Shown here piece by piece: positions 42,598 through 56,400 of a stretch of DNA of 64,000 nt; position 1 is the first letter of the stretch, and every line of letters begins with the position of its first letter. Source of the stretch: the human T2T-CHM13v2.0 reference genome, Homo sapiens. Both the position numbers and the translations under genes were made by a program. The notes under the pieces are model-generated. The model was not told where the DNA came from and ran no database searches. It saw only the letters and a list, made by a program, of their open reading frames with translations. The DNA is taken from the NCBI RefSeq assembly GCF_009914755.1, contig NC_060926.1. One strand, 5' to 3'.

Positions 42598-42976
42598 TGA
42601 TTAGACAGACACTGATTTCATATGGCCTTCTGGTGACCACCGGGCCCATTCCTTCATCATTTCCTCATACAGTGATGCTACCGGGGAAGATCCGAGGAGA
42701 TCCCCCAGCTCTGGTTGTGCACAGGAGGAAATGGAGGCCACACAGAGGGAGGCAAAGTCAGATATGGAAGCAGGGTGCTGTTCCTGCGGTCTTTGCCTTT
42801 GCATCCTATGGAGACTTTTCGCTGTAATCCTTTCTACAATTAAACCATTTACTTTTTCCAAAGAGGAGATCCCATGTGGAGCACCACATTACATTTCTTG
42901 TGGCAAACAAGTTATGAAATGTAGCTTCTCCCTCCATCACCACTGTATTTTCTCCCACACACATTCATTTAAGAAA

Positions 42977-43332
<356 letters not shown>

Positions 43333-43809
43333 TCAAAATTCTTACCTTGTTGGTTCAGGGTTTGGAGTACAGTAAACACTGAAAGTTGGCAAGCATTATG
43401 TTGGATTACCTCCCATAAACAGACTCTTGCTAAAAACCCACCCTGTGTGTGGGAGCTTGTTAAAAACAGTGGGTAATATAAAAAGATTACATTGCGCGGT
43501 AATACATATGTTTTAGTTCTTCTCTAAAATTGAAAGCCTTTACATTGGGCGCCAGAAAAGCCATTGGAAGGGCAGTGCCCACACAATCTGAGCTTCTAAC
43601 TCTGAAGTGAGAAATGTTACAATATGCTGTTCTCCCTTAACTCATGGGATGGGGCCAAAATCAAAACAAGATCATTTCTGCTTTACTATTTATCATTTGT
43701 GGTCTATTTCACAGAGGGGGAAAAAAGTTATATTTTATGTAACACTTACTGAGCAAACATTCCTAAATGTTATTTCGTTTTATTCTCTCCATAGTCTGCA
43801 AGGCCTACC

Positions 43810-43995
43810 AAGTGGGTTCTCAAAGTATGGCCCCCAGGACTGCAGCATCGGTGTCACCTGGCAACTTGTTAGAAATGCAAGTCTCAGACAGCAACCCAAT
43901 TCTACTAGATCAGAAATGTGGGTTGGGGGCCGGGGCATCTGTGTTTTAATCATCCTCCAGGTGACTAGGATGCACACTCAAATTTGAGAACCACC
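43810..43995. mobile_element. MER5A-like hAT element
   Basis: ttctcaaagtatggcccc, cagcatcggtgtcacctgg, cttgttagaaatgca, aatttgagaaccac. Confidence 0.8.
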
Positions 43996-44511
43996 ACGTT
44001 GTTCGGTGATCGCCGTTTTCTACATAAGACAACCAATTCTTAGAGAGGTTCAGTGACTGCCAAGGTCATATCTTAGTATTTGGAAAAGCCGGGATTCGAA
44101 TTCAGGTTTTTCTGATTCCTCAGTATATATAAATAAGGAAAGCCTGTTACCAAAAGGCCAGAGAAAGAGGAGACATGGGCTTGGGTAGCCAGAGCGGGCC
44201 AGGGAGGGGGCTACAGAGGAAGCAGCACTTCCTGAGGAACTTGAAGAGCAGGTTGGATTTACGGGGGTCAAGGAGGGGTGCTCCAAGGGCTCTCATGTGG
44301 AGAGTGTAAAGCTGGGGTTGGGAAGGGCTGCAGTGCTGAATGTTTGCCCATATTGGAAGGGCTGTCTTGGCAGCAGTGGATGCAAGAGAACTGAAATCAG
44401 AACCGGAGTAAACTTGCCAGTGCACAAAACAGTTTAAAACTTGAGAGACCAGACACATTAATAGTGAATCTTTAAATAATGGTTACTGTGGGCCAGGGCA
44501 GTGTGACAATG

Positions 44512-44515
44512 TGTG

Positions 44516-44547
<32 letters not shown>

Positions 44548-44570
44548 AAGAGAGAGAGAGACAGAGAGAC
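44512..44570. repeat. Compound (TG)n(AG)n microsatellite
   Basis: Read directly. Confidence 0.95.
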
Positions 44571-44720
44571 TAATCTTCACCACAATGTTGTGAGGTTAAT
44601 ATTATTAACTCCATTTTACACACAATAAATTGGAGGCACAGAGGTACTAAGTAATTTGCCCAAGGTCACACAGCCTATATGTGGTAGAGCCTGGCTGCAA
44701 CTCATGGAGTCTATTGGGAG
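44570..44720 (-). mobile_element. MIR
   Basis: ccattttaca, gaggcacagagg, aagtaatttgcccaaggtcacacagc. Confidence 0.8.
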
Positions 44721-45698
44721 AGATTAGGCCTGTCCTGGCACTGTGGTACTTCTAACCCTGCTGTGGGAAGGTGCCCCACATTCTTCGGCAGGATTGTGAA
44801 GTGGAAAATGATGCATTTTTGTCTTGCATTAAAATCACAAAGGTGGTTGTATTAAAGCAGGAAGAGAAGGGCTGTGGAACACCTCGGTGCCTCACGGGTT
44901 ATCATCCCTATCCTCGCAGCTCACTGTCACTATCTCCTAAAGAACACACTGAGATAGACGCAGAACGAGCTCAGGGCTCCCATGAGACACTGGGCTTGAT
45001 CTAATTCTTTGAGCTGACTGGGGAATAGAAGAAACTGGGAACTTGCCAGGAATGACTGTCTTGAGAAGACAGGCTTCAAGCTGACTTTGTAAAGGTGTTC
45101 CATCTGGAACTGCCCAGAAAAAGGACTGATTCATTTCTCTACTTCTTTAATGAGGGTTTCCTTCCCCCATCTATCTCACACCTGCTTGAATCTCAGAAAA
45201 GAAGAAGGTTTTGGAGAAAGGGGGAACCTGGATTTGATTAGAAATAAGCGACCTTGAACAAGTGCATCTGTGTCCTCTTACAAACCTCATCTCTATCATC
45301 ACTTGTTTTTACAAGAAAAGTGGATCATTATCTTGATGAAATGGTCCTTCTCCACCTGTGCATATGGACGGGCACAAAAGAGCCTTTATTCATGGAAAAC
45401 ACGGAGGGCTGAGCAAGCCAGGTTGGCACTTCATTTTGGCCCACCAGACGGTGGTGAGAATCCTTCCCCACCAACTGGTAATCTGACATATTGATGCTGA
45501 AAACGAAGCCAGAACCATGAGCCAGGTGAATTATCACAAGCACTTCCAAAGACGAGGAGTTCATTTCAAGTGCTGTATTTTTGCGATTGAGGTACGACAT
45601 GCATGTCAACGTATCAGGAAGAAAATGTCTACAAAGTCCCCAGGGCTCTGGATCATATCTGTCCTGAGATATACTGGCTTAGAAATTCAGATGTTTTA

Positions 45699-46194
<496 letters not shown>

Positions 46195-48169
46195 AGAAAT
46201 TTAGATGTTTTAGATGGCAGAGTAGCAGAGGAGACTTTTTATCTAGATAGAAATGTGAGAAAAAGGTTTAGATTCTCAAGCCACTTATGTGAAGCAGAGA
46301 ACATTCATAAATTAATGAAAAGAATAAAGAGATTCCTTGGTATTGATTCCTTTACATGATCGATATCTCAATAAGCCTTCATCCAACATCCCGATAAGAG
46401 CCTTCCATCTGTTTCTCATGTTCTCTAAAGAGCACTGCCTTCTGCACAGCCAATGTCACATTAATTTTTTCCTCATTTACATTGATGTCCACTCATGGGG
46501 CCCTTGAGGCGAAGCACCTGAAGCCTTTGAATGCTGTTTTTCCCTGGTCCAAAAGCATTCATCGATGGCCCATTATAAGCACCATTTATAGACACAGTTG
46601 GAAGAGAGAAGGAGTATAATATGTTTTCAGTTGGGAAAAAGGCAGGTCTGACCTGCAGTAAAAGGTTCTCACCTGTGTCTGCAGTGAAATGTAAATTTAA
46701 AATTAGCTCTATGCTACTTACATTTTGAATTAAGATATTTCATAGGAAGTTCATAGAATTCCAATTAGGCCTTGTGGGTTTGATTGTGACATGGATTTCT
46801 GAAGGCTGAACTGATACTTCTGCATCTGTATCATAGGCATGGGCAGCGTCATAGATGCCATCCACTTTAACACTTAAAATGCCCAAAGGAAGCATCAGTC
46901 TCCCTGGTTGTCAACTGAGAAAATCGATATTCACATAAATTTATTAACTTGCCTCAAATTGGAATCAGACTCAGAATTTTAAGGTGGGAAAGCCTGTGCT
47001 GTTCATATTTTAGCCCAATCTTGGACACAATGAATATGTCACTTCTTTGTATCTTAGCTCCCCTAGTTGTCAAATGTAGATAACATGTTATAACTGCAAG
47101 GTGTTAAACAAAAGCAAGGCGATATTATTCCCGCCTGCCTCTTGGAATTTTGGCAAGGATTGACTGAGATCGGAAAGAAAAGTTCTTAAAGTTAAAAGCG
47201 AGAGAGACAGAAATGGATGGGGTTCTGTGTATATCAGCAGGCCAGGTTTTAGAAAACCCATACATAGGCAGAAAACGATGACATTTCTCTGAATAATTTA
47301 CCTACATATATAACCTATTTTATTTTTTAGACAAGTGATTAATGTTTTCACTTGATTCAAGTTACAAATATGAAATCTTCCCTCTAGGTTTAGCTTCATC
47401 TTAAAAATATCTCTTGGACATGATTTACTAAGCCCACTGCAGGGCTCTTCTCTCCTAATCCTGGGAGTACTGTAGACATAGCAGTAGATATCTCAACACC
47501 TGAGAAATGCAAAGGGAACACACAGAGCTAAAACAGAGAGTTAATTGGGAGAATGCAGATTAAGTTGGATTTTATGTCTTGCCAAATTTTAGTCTCTAAA
47601 CTCGTGTGAGGTCTAGTACATCCAGAACACCGTTAACTTTATTATGACAAAATGTTAGAATCACCTTGCTACCTGCTTTTACCTATGCTGAAAAGTATAA
47701 CTGTGACTGTAATAATTAGGTAGGGGGCTATCCCTGCTTTGGATATGGAAATCTTCTCAGATGTGGTTCCCAAGTAACTCTAGGTTTATAGGTTTGATCA
47801 AATCATTGTATTGAGAATTGTAAAACCCTATACTCTGAAATGAGAATCATTTGTATCAACATTAGCATTTGTGTATGTACATAGCTGTGTATGTGTTCAC
47901 ATGCAATATGATATTAGCCTGTGAATTCTGATGCACACTTCTAGGTCCTACTAACTGAGAGACTGCCTGTGCTCTGCTAATATTCCTCTGTGACCTAGTC
48001 ATTCATTTATGAACATTTCCTTGCATGCTTACTCTGTACCAGGCACATTTCTTTGCCTGAACATCCAAAAGTGAGCAAGACAGAGAGTTTTTGATCTTAG
48101 AGTCATGTCATTGATTTTCCCTGCTCTGATCTTCCTTGGATCAGGAATCTGCTTTTTTTTAGTATTATG

Positions 48170-48450
48170 AATCATTCATTCATTCATTCATTCATTCTTT
48201 CATCTCTTGTGTTTGGAACCTTTCTGCTGTGCCAGGTGCTGGGTAGAAGCTGAGGATATACTTGAGTGCCGACCACAGTAGACAATCTCTAACTTCAGAA
48301 AGCTCCATGGAAGGACACACATTTGAACCAAATAATCATGGAAATAAACATATATGCTCCCAAATACCATGAGTGTCCTCATGCACATAAATAGAGCACC
48401 AGGAGAGAACCTGAGAGGAAGGCCACTTTATACTGCAGAGGGGGCAGTGT
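48170..48450. mobile_element. L2 3' end with (TTCA)n
   Basis: (ttca)n followed by ctgtgccaggtgctggg and cagaaagctc. Confidence 0.6.
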
Positions 48451-48671
48451 GCCAGGAAAGGGGATGTGGACATTGTTATCTTCAGGCTCTACAAAAGCAT
48501 CCGTACAGAGGTCGCTGCAAACTTTTCTCAGTCAGTTTCTTAGAGCTTTGTCCTCTCCATGGCTTTCTAAGAACCTCTGGCTGATGACTGTGATCTCCAT
48601 GTTCTGTGTGTGTCCTCTGCTGAAATCCCTGTTTGGTGTGGAGACTTAGAGGATAAGAAGTACAAAATTCC

Positions 48672-48673
<2 letters not shown>

Positions 48674-48713
<40 letters not shown>
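48674..48713. repeat. Pure T40 homopolymer
   Basis: Counted directly. Confidence 0.97.
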
Positions 48714-48714
<1 letters not shown>

Positions 48715-51700
48715 GTGAGAAGAAATTTTTTCACTGGTGTTTTAGCTGAAAACAAATTCCCCACATTTTCCCAAAACATGTATGTGCTGGGAATTCCTGT
48801 CTGCCATTAATACCACTTTCTTACTCTCCTCCCACCACCTCCCATCCCTTCCCTGGCTGCCATGGTTAAAGGGTCAGGCTTCTAGTAATTCAATTCTAAT
48901 AGTATATAGGCTACACCCCTACACTTAGAAAAATATGAGAAAAAGTCAGCCTACTCAAAATAAACACCAGTGTAAAGGTGGGACTGATATTTCAGCTAGC
49001 AATTTGGTAAATCCCAAGAATCTGAAAGTGACAAAAGGAATATGCATTTTAAAGGTCATTCCAATTACCATGCTTACTCATGTTGAGCTGAAACTCTGGA
49101 GTTTATGTGAGAAGACCCACGCACTAGGGGGATAAATGAGAACATGTGGTTGGGAGAAACTCGAACAAATAATAAGGAAGGGAATACAAATCACTGTTGT
49201 TTTCTGTGATATTAAATAATTCTTCAACCTCAGAGGCATCTGAGAAGTAGAGGAAAGCCAACTATCGATAAATAGCTGGGCAAATCCTCACAACTCTAAG
49301 AGCCCAGGATTCCATGATGGATTTACTTCTGATCTACATTTTGCACACTTATATGAGGATCCAGAAGAAGAGGTCTCAAGGGTGAACTCTTGTCTGCATT
49401 AAAATGTCTATTTGCAACCACTGCATTCTCCATGTCATAGTGGATTCCCAACTCAATTTTTCTCAATAGAATTATCCTAAATGTAGATATACCTTTCCTG
49501 CTTTTGAAATAGGAAAACAAAATAGCCAAGAATTATTCCTTTAGACAGGGTTTGCCTCATATATCTCTCCCACCTCCCCAAATGCATACGTTATTGCAAC
49601 TGTAGCTATTCTAACCATCAGATTCTGTATGTGCATTTCACATGACCTCCAGCACATGATGGAGCCTGAGGCATTAAACACACGAATCCAAGTCCTCCTG
49701 CTTGACTTTTGCAGTCTTCTGGCCTCACCTGTTCCTCCCTATCTATTTTTACCTCCTACTATATGATGAATAATTCATCATTCCATCTGTGTGCATTTAC
49801 TGAGCATCTAGTATGTTCCAGGACATATATACATAGTTTCTGCCTTAAAGAAGCTCAAGAGCAAGAGAGCTAGATAAGAAACCTGAAAGCAGACATCTTA
49901 CAAAGGGAAGTTAATGGCACTGAGGGCCATGAAGTTATGTCCCAGCTGCATTTTAACAGGAGAGAAGTAAGGAAAATGGGAGTGTGATGGGATTCCAGAA
50001 GTGCACCACTGCCTGCCACAAAGCAGCCAGCTGCCTTCCAGCCTCCAGGCACTTGCTGCTATTTCTCTTGTCTGGAGCTCCCTTCCCAGTTTCTTTTGCC
50101 CAAATCCAGCCCATCTGTCAAAGTCTAGTTCAAATCCTACCTACTCTACGAAGTCTTCTTGACTGCTCACACTCTTCTTTGCTTATTTGGGTGTCTCTGG
50201 CACTTTCTTCTTATATTTTGTTTAGCTCCCAACCATAGTCATGACTGGTTTTCTATTTGTATCTTGCCCATCCAAAGTTCATCACGTCTACTGATGCATT
50301 CAGCTGAGACACGTGCCCTGTGATTATTTACTTAATGATTTGAACCTTTTGAGCTTTAACAGCATCTGCTCTCAGTAGCTGGGGGATAAACTGCATATGA
50401 AGCTAACAAAACTCAACACGACTCTTGGTTTTGGGCAAGTATTGCCTCAAGATATGGAATGAACTTGATAATCTTTAATGTCATTGTATACCCAAAACTC
50501 TGGAGGTTGCTATCCGAGATTTAGGAGTTAAAGCCTTTCACTTCTTTTCTCATCTTGAAAACTTCCCAATGTGGTTCACGCCAAATACTGCTCTATTTGA
50601 ATAGCAAGAGTGCCTAATAAAAGCAACGCCAGAGCCAGCTGTCATCATTCACGTGGTGTTAAGTGCTCCTTCTGTAAGCACTAGCTAGCAAGAGTATTTT
50701 TGTTTAGCAAGGCCATCACAAAATTAGACAAGCAAACCATAGCAATGTATTTGAGCAATGTAGTCTATAAATAACACAGTGGAAGGAAGCATAGGAGCAC
50801 ATTATCCATATTACAATCTTGTGCCTTAAAAAAAAAAATAGGTTAGCTCTGTAATAGAAGGCAGCTCCAGAGAAATAGACAAAATGTCTTTGGTGATTGT
50901 TAAAGGATGTAAGCAGCCTCCTGGTAATAAGATCTGCTGAGTGTACCCTGTGGATTCTGTGCGCCCCTAAGCAACTCCTACAGGCTGAGTAGTGAACGCT
51001 TGTAAAGTTGGCGTTGTTTACCTAGCAGGAATGGAACAAAAAATTTTCGTGGAAGGATGCTGATGTGTCTGTAACCATGTCGGCTGTTTATCTGAAAGTG
51101 AAGTTATTGAAGAAGAAAGGTTTCACATTAGCCCAGAAAGCAGCATTCGAATCAGATACGGTCCATACACTGCCACTGTTTTTTAGATTTATTTATTTTT
51201 TTCTTTCTTTTTCAGAAGTGCCTGGCAGAAACTTAAACAACATTGTTATTCATTTGGCTTTGTCAAACTCTGTAGCATCGTCAAATGTAGAGAGTTGCTT
51301 CCAACTTTTGCCAAATGCCATCTAAAGCCTCTTCATTTAATAAAAAGGAATATAGAAGATATATATTTTTTCTCCTTTGATGTTTTACCGTACTTGTTTC
51401 TACAGTGGATTCTAACTAGAATCACCTAGGTTTACTAAAATGCAACAATTGGACCAGATGCTAGCTAGTTTTTTTTTCCTGCTAATTTTCTTGTTCAAAT
51501 CCATAGAGAACTATAATAAAATATCTTAAAATGAACTATGCTCATTTTACCAAGAAGGACACTGAGGTTCACAGGTATGAAATTACTTTCCCAAGATTAC
51601 AGAGTTGGCAAGTATCTTCCACCCCCAAAAAACTTAGAAGTTAAAAAAAAGTGCCCTTTGAAAGTTAAACTAACCATCTAACAGGTCTTAAGGGATCATC

Positions 51701-52073
51701 TTGGAGATACAAGAGAGTATCCATGCAAGGCTAGATAGTGCTTGGACTAAGGCTAATGTTTCTAAAGAAAAAAAATGTGTCAAATAAAAGTAGGTTGGTA
51801 AGAAGATGAGTTATAAATAAGGAAAATCAAATAGATAAAGCTAATTTTAGCTAAAGAACTAAATTAAGACTTCCTAACATCAGATATGTAAAGAAAGAAG
51901 CCCATTCTGTGTTGCAACATCAATGGGGAATAATAGAAATAACAATTGTACACTCCCATAGTTCTTAATCCTCTTCTCAGACTGAGTTGGAATATCCCCC
52001 CTTATAACTGATAAAGCTTACAGGAATGTAATATAATTATTGCTTCAGTGAATCAAATATTACTTGTCTAGAC

Positions 52074-52230
52074 CAGCACTGTGCAATGGAACACTGTGTG
52101 GTGATAGAAATGATCTTCTCTATGCTGTCTTAACATCTTGTTACTATTGGTAATAGAGAACTCAAAATGTGTGATACATTTAGATTTAAGTACCACATGT
52201 GGCTAGTGACTACCATATTGGATAGGGCAG
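52074..52230. mobile_element. MER3-like hAT element
   Basis: cagcactgtgcaatggaac to ccacatgtggctagtgactaccatattggatagggcag; TSD-like gtctagac/ggttagac. Confidence 0.8.
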
Positions 52231-53326
52231 GGTTAGACACTCTGCTAGGGCCAGTACTTGTGGATTTTACATTTTTCTTATCCATAAGTTCAGCAGCGGA
52301 CTGCACCAGAGGTTAAGTATAAAGATTGGGTTTGGGCCTTCAAATTCAGATCTGGTGTGGTAGATTTAATGTCAGCCTTAGCAGCCCAGGCTGGATATGG
52401 TCATGGTCACTATCTGTCATGGAGCCCCTTCTCCCAAAGACAATTACATCAGGAGACAAGGGCTTATCACTATTTGACTTAATTTCTCCCAACATCCTTG
52501 CAAAGAAGTGATTTAACGATTACTAGATCAAAATGTCAAAAACTTTATATTACTTAAGAAGACAAGTTTACTATATCAAGTGTTCTTTTGCTATTTCTGT
52601 TACCCAGTTCAAAGTTCCTTTCTAAATTAGAATTCATGTTAAAAAAACACACATTGTAATCTAAACATAATCCATTTAGTAAGGTTTGGTTTCTAATTTT
52701 TTTCTAAAATAAGAGAGTCTTCACTTTTAAAATCTCCAATAGCATACTATATGTTGAAGTTATTGACAGAACTCCCAAAACCACCTGCTCAAATCTGAGT
52801 AATTCAGAGTAAGAGGTACTCTGCTTGGTCAACAAAACATGTGAGTTCGTTTTCTAGGGTGGGTTTAGATTAATGCCTATCGCAAAGTAGAGGCATGAAA
52901 CCCCCAAGTTCTGTGACTATTCTTGTCCTGATTTCAAGCTTAATTCACAGCCCTCAAACATTTGGAAAACCTAAGAAGCTAACCTAAAGGAAGAAAAGAT
53001 ATTGATCAGTCTGGTGGAAATATTGGTCCCTTTGAAAATCATAACATTTAACATATATTTATTAATTGGGATTCTAGTATCACATACTAGTCTCTTGTCA
53101 GTTTGCTTGCATGAGTCATTATCGTGGTGACTGTGGTCCTGGGAATCTGTCAAGAGTGAATTTCAGGCCTTATCATGTGGAAAACCCAGTTGGCTTTGAT
53201 TTCATCTGAGTCTCCGTACTAGCACAAATGGCGTCACATAAAGACCTATACCAGACTACAGATGTTAACCCAGGACACTCTTCAAAGCTAAGGATGGGTT
53301 ACAAATAATTTTAAAATTCAGCCTCA

Positions 53327-53462
53327 AGCCAAGTACAGTAGCACAGCCCTCCAGTCCTAATTACTGGGCAGGCTGAGGTGGCAGGATGGCTTCAGCTCAG
53401 GAGTTCAAGATTAGGCTGGGATACATAGTAAGATTTCATCTCTAAAATATAAATAAATAAAA
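53327..53462 (+). mobile_element. FLAM-type Alu monomer
   Basis: ggctgaggtggcaggatggcttcagctcaggagttcaag...catctctaaaa plus tail. Confidence 0.8.
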
Positions 53463-56400
53463 CATTGAAAGTTAGACCTCAGCCCTACCAACTGATAGCT
53501 TCAAACTTTGGAATTCATAAAAATCCATTAAAAGCTCTTTTAATGCAGTTGTTTGGACCCTACAATCCCAGAGATTCTGATTAAGTCCATCTGGAATAGA
53601 GGTTGGAATCTGCATTTTATCCAACACCCCAGTTGGATAAAAGACTGACCCTGTGGATCAGTCCTTTAGAAGTACTGTGTCAGAAGATTAAATAAAGACA
53701 TTTCTTTATTGAATTCATCATAATATAGGCTCATCTAAATTTTTTCCTGCACAGTGGGGAGCTATACTTCCAGTTCTGCCTAATGTTAATGGTAGTCTGT
53801 GGAAAATGTTTTCTTTGTTCAAATTAGCTTGAGAAATGCTGGAGTAAGAAAAGTGTGTTTCTTTACTGCAGGATTTCTCAATGTGTGTGTGTGTGTGTGT
53901 GCAAGTGTGCATCCTCATGCTTATAAACTGTGCAAGGGGGGAAGTCACTGAAAGCTATGCACAAGTTTACAAACTTATATGACTATGAAGCCCTTGTTTC
54001 CACAAAACTACTCATTCACATAAGGAGCTTTTGGAAATGCGGCCCTAGAGTGAATAAATCACAGTAAACACCAGGAACCCCTTGGGCTGCTCATTGTGGG
54101 CAGTGGGGCAGCAACTCTGGGAGGTAGTTGGTAGTGTAGACAATGTGGCTTCAAAAGCTACCATTAAAGAGAACTCAGGAGTCATAAGCAAACATTAGCC
54201 TTCACTTTCTGCTTTTCTCTACAAAACAAACACCCTTAAAGGTAACTTCTTCTGCCTCTTTTTCCTTCTAGTATGGAGGACTTGTGCTTTTGATTTGTAC
54301 AAACAAATTTTCAGCCTGCATTTTTAGTGTCTGTGATTTTAACTGACCACTTGACTTGTGAGCCTCCCTTTCCTAGAGATAGTGATACTTGTCTTACAAG
54401 ATTGTTTTATTGATTCATTGAAGTAATTATTGTGATAAGCTAGCACCAAGTCCAGCACGCTGAGTCCAGAGTTTGACACCTGGTAGAGAAGTTAACTTTA
54501 TTTTATATGTGTAAATATTTAGGGAGAATTAAGCAAGAAAAGGGAGGGAGCAGAATCTCTCTGTCTTTCCCCTGTCAAACCCACTACCTCCCCCACCCCC
54601 GACCAAAACCCTAGAGATAGCAAATAGACTGCAAGTTTTATACCAGCCTCAATGCTAGCAATGGTGGCATCAGACAGTATGCAGATTCCCTGGCAGGCTT
54701 TGGGCTCAATAGAGAAACGGTGCATTGAATGACAGATGAGTGAGGTGACATCAGCCACAGGAGTAGCAGGAGAGAGTAAGCCCCGCAAGGAAAAATTAAA
54801 AACAAAATGAGGAGTGACCTGAGCCATCTAAGAACTGACTATCTGTATGGCATTTAATTCTAACTTAATAAAAATACAGTTGATGGGCAGTTAAAGACTG
54901 AATTTTGTGGTGTGGATTGTTCATTTTGGGAATTCTTTCCCGGGATAGAACTTAAATTGAGCTTAGAATAACAAAGAGGATTTTCATGCAAAAGCGAGAG
55001 CCAGTAAAGGCAGGGGACATGTGTATTCCTGTGTGAGGCCCTTTAGAACCCATCTATGATTTGATCAAGGGGCTCCTGTTGTGTCAGTATCTGGGGTGGC
55101 TGCTCGTATTCATCTCCCATGGTGTGGTCCTCCAAGAGTTCTGTATTCTTGCGTAAGTGCTTGCCTTGGCCAGGGTGGCTGGTCCAGCCAGGCCAAAGAG
55201 AGCCCCTTGCAGGGGTTCTCATATTTAAGATTAAAGAGTAAGGTTCTTTTCTCATAGCAGAAGCCTTAGGCTGCAGGATTCAGCAATTGGCCGCCACAAT
55301 TCCTGCCACGGGAGGAAGTGGGGATGAGGGAGGGTGAGTGAAATCAACTCACAGAGAAAAGAGATGGCCAGGGAGGAGCCAGCAACCTGGTTGTATTCAA
55401 GCCCTGAGGTTCAGCATTTCCTGAAGCTATGCTGTGTCTCTTCCTGCTGTTTAGAGACATTCAGCTCTTACTTGCATCTTCGAGCCCATGTCTCTTTCAT
55501 TTCCTAAAATGGCTTAAACTGTGTTTTCACCATTTCCATCTGAGGTTTTCATTAGTATAAGTCTTTTTAGACCACATCTTTTACAATCTTAAGTTAGATG
55601 ATGAAGAATCTAAACAAGTTGAAAGAGGGGGAAAAAACATTAATTGTGGAAGGAAGGATTTAGTGTTTTCCTCTTTGTTTGTGTTCTCCATAATCTCCAT
55701 GTGTAAGGGTCGTGACATTTTAGCTCAAATTGGATGCAGAATCTATTTCTAGAACAGGCACGATGTCAGGGGCCAATTAAGTTGTTGGCCAGCTGTAGTT
55801 TGAATCATTAACAACAACCTGTGGCCACCAGCAGTTTTATGGCGAGGCTGTGCTATACCACTGAGCGTGGCTTAGGATCTCTCTGCCTTAACTGCTCAAG
55901 CCCCAGATGCAGATCAGAACTGAAGTGGAGAGGCAGCTGCCCAGTTCACTCCATGAAACCAGGTTTGCTGTTCACAAGGACAGGACACTGATGAAATTTA
56001 AATGAACAAAGATGAAGTGTAACCTTTGTTTTCAGCTCCTGTGGTTGGCAACAGAGAATGGAAATCCCAGATCTGCATAGGCAGGCTGAGTAGTATACTG
56101 AGCTTAGCAATGTGCAAACCAAATCTCTCTCTCCACGAACTGGAAAAAAAAACAAAACAGTTAAAAAAAGGAAAGAGTGCAGGAAAGAAAAAAACACAGT
56201 CTATGACTGTGTCACAAAACCATCTGCAAGTATAAGTGACAAAAATAACAAGAGTTCACAGTTACTTACATTTTACAAGACCTTATTTAGCGCCCACAAG
56301 GATTAAGATATTGTGCTTTGTCTTGATTTTAGAAACAGGGACACTAAATCTCTGAAAGGGATCAATAATTGCAAATGTCACAGAGCTAGAAACTGGAGGA

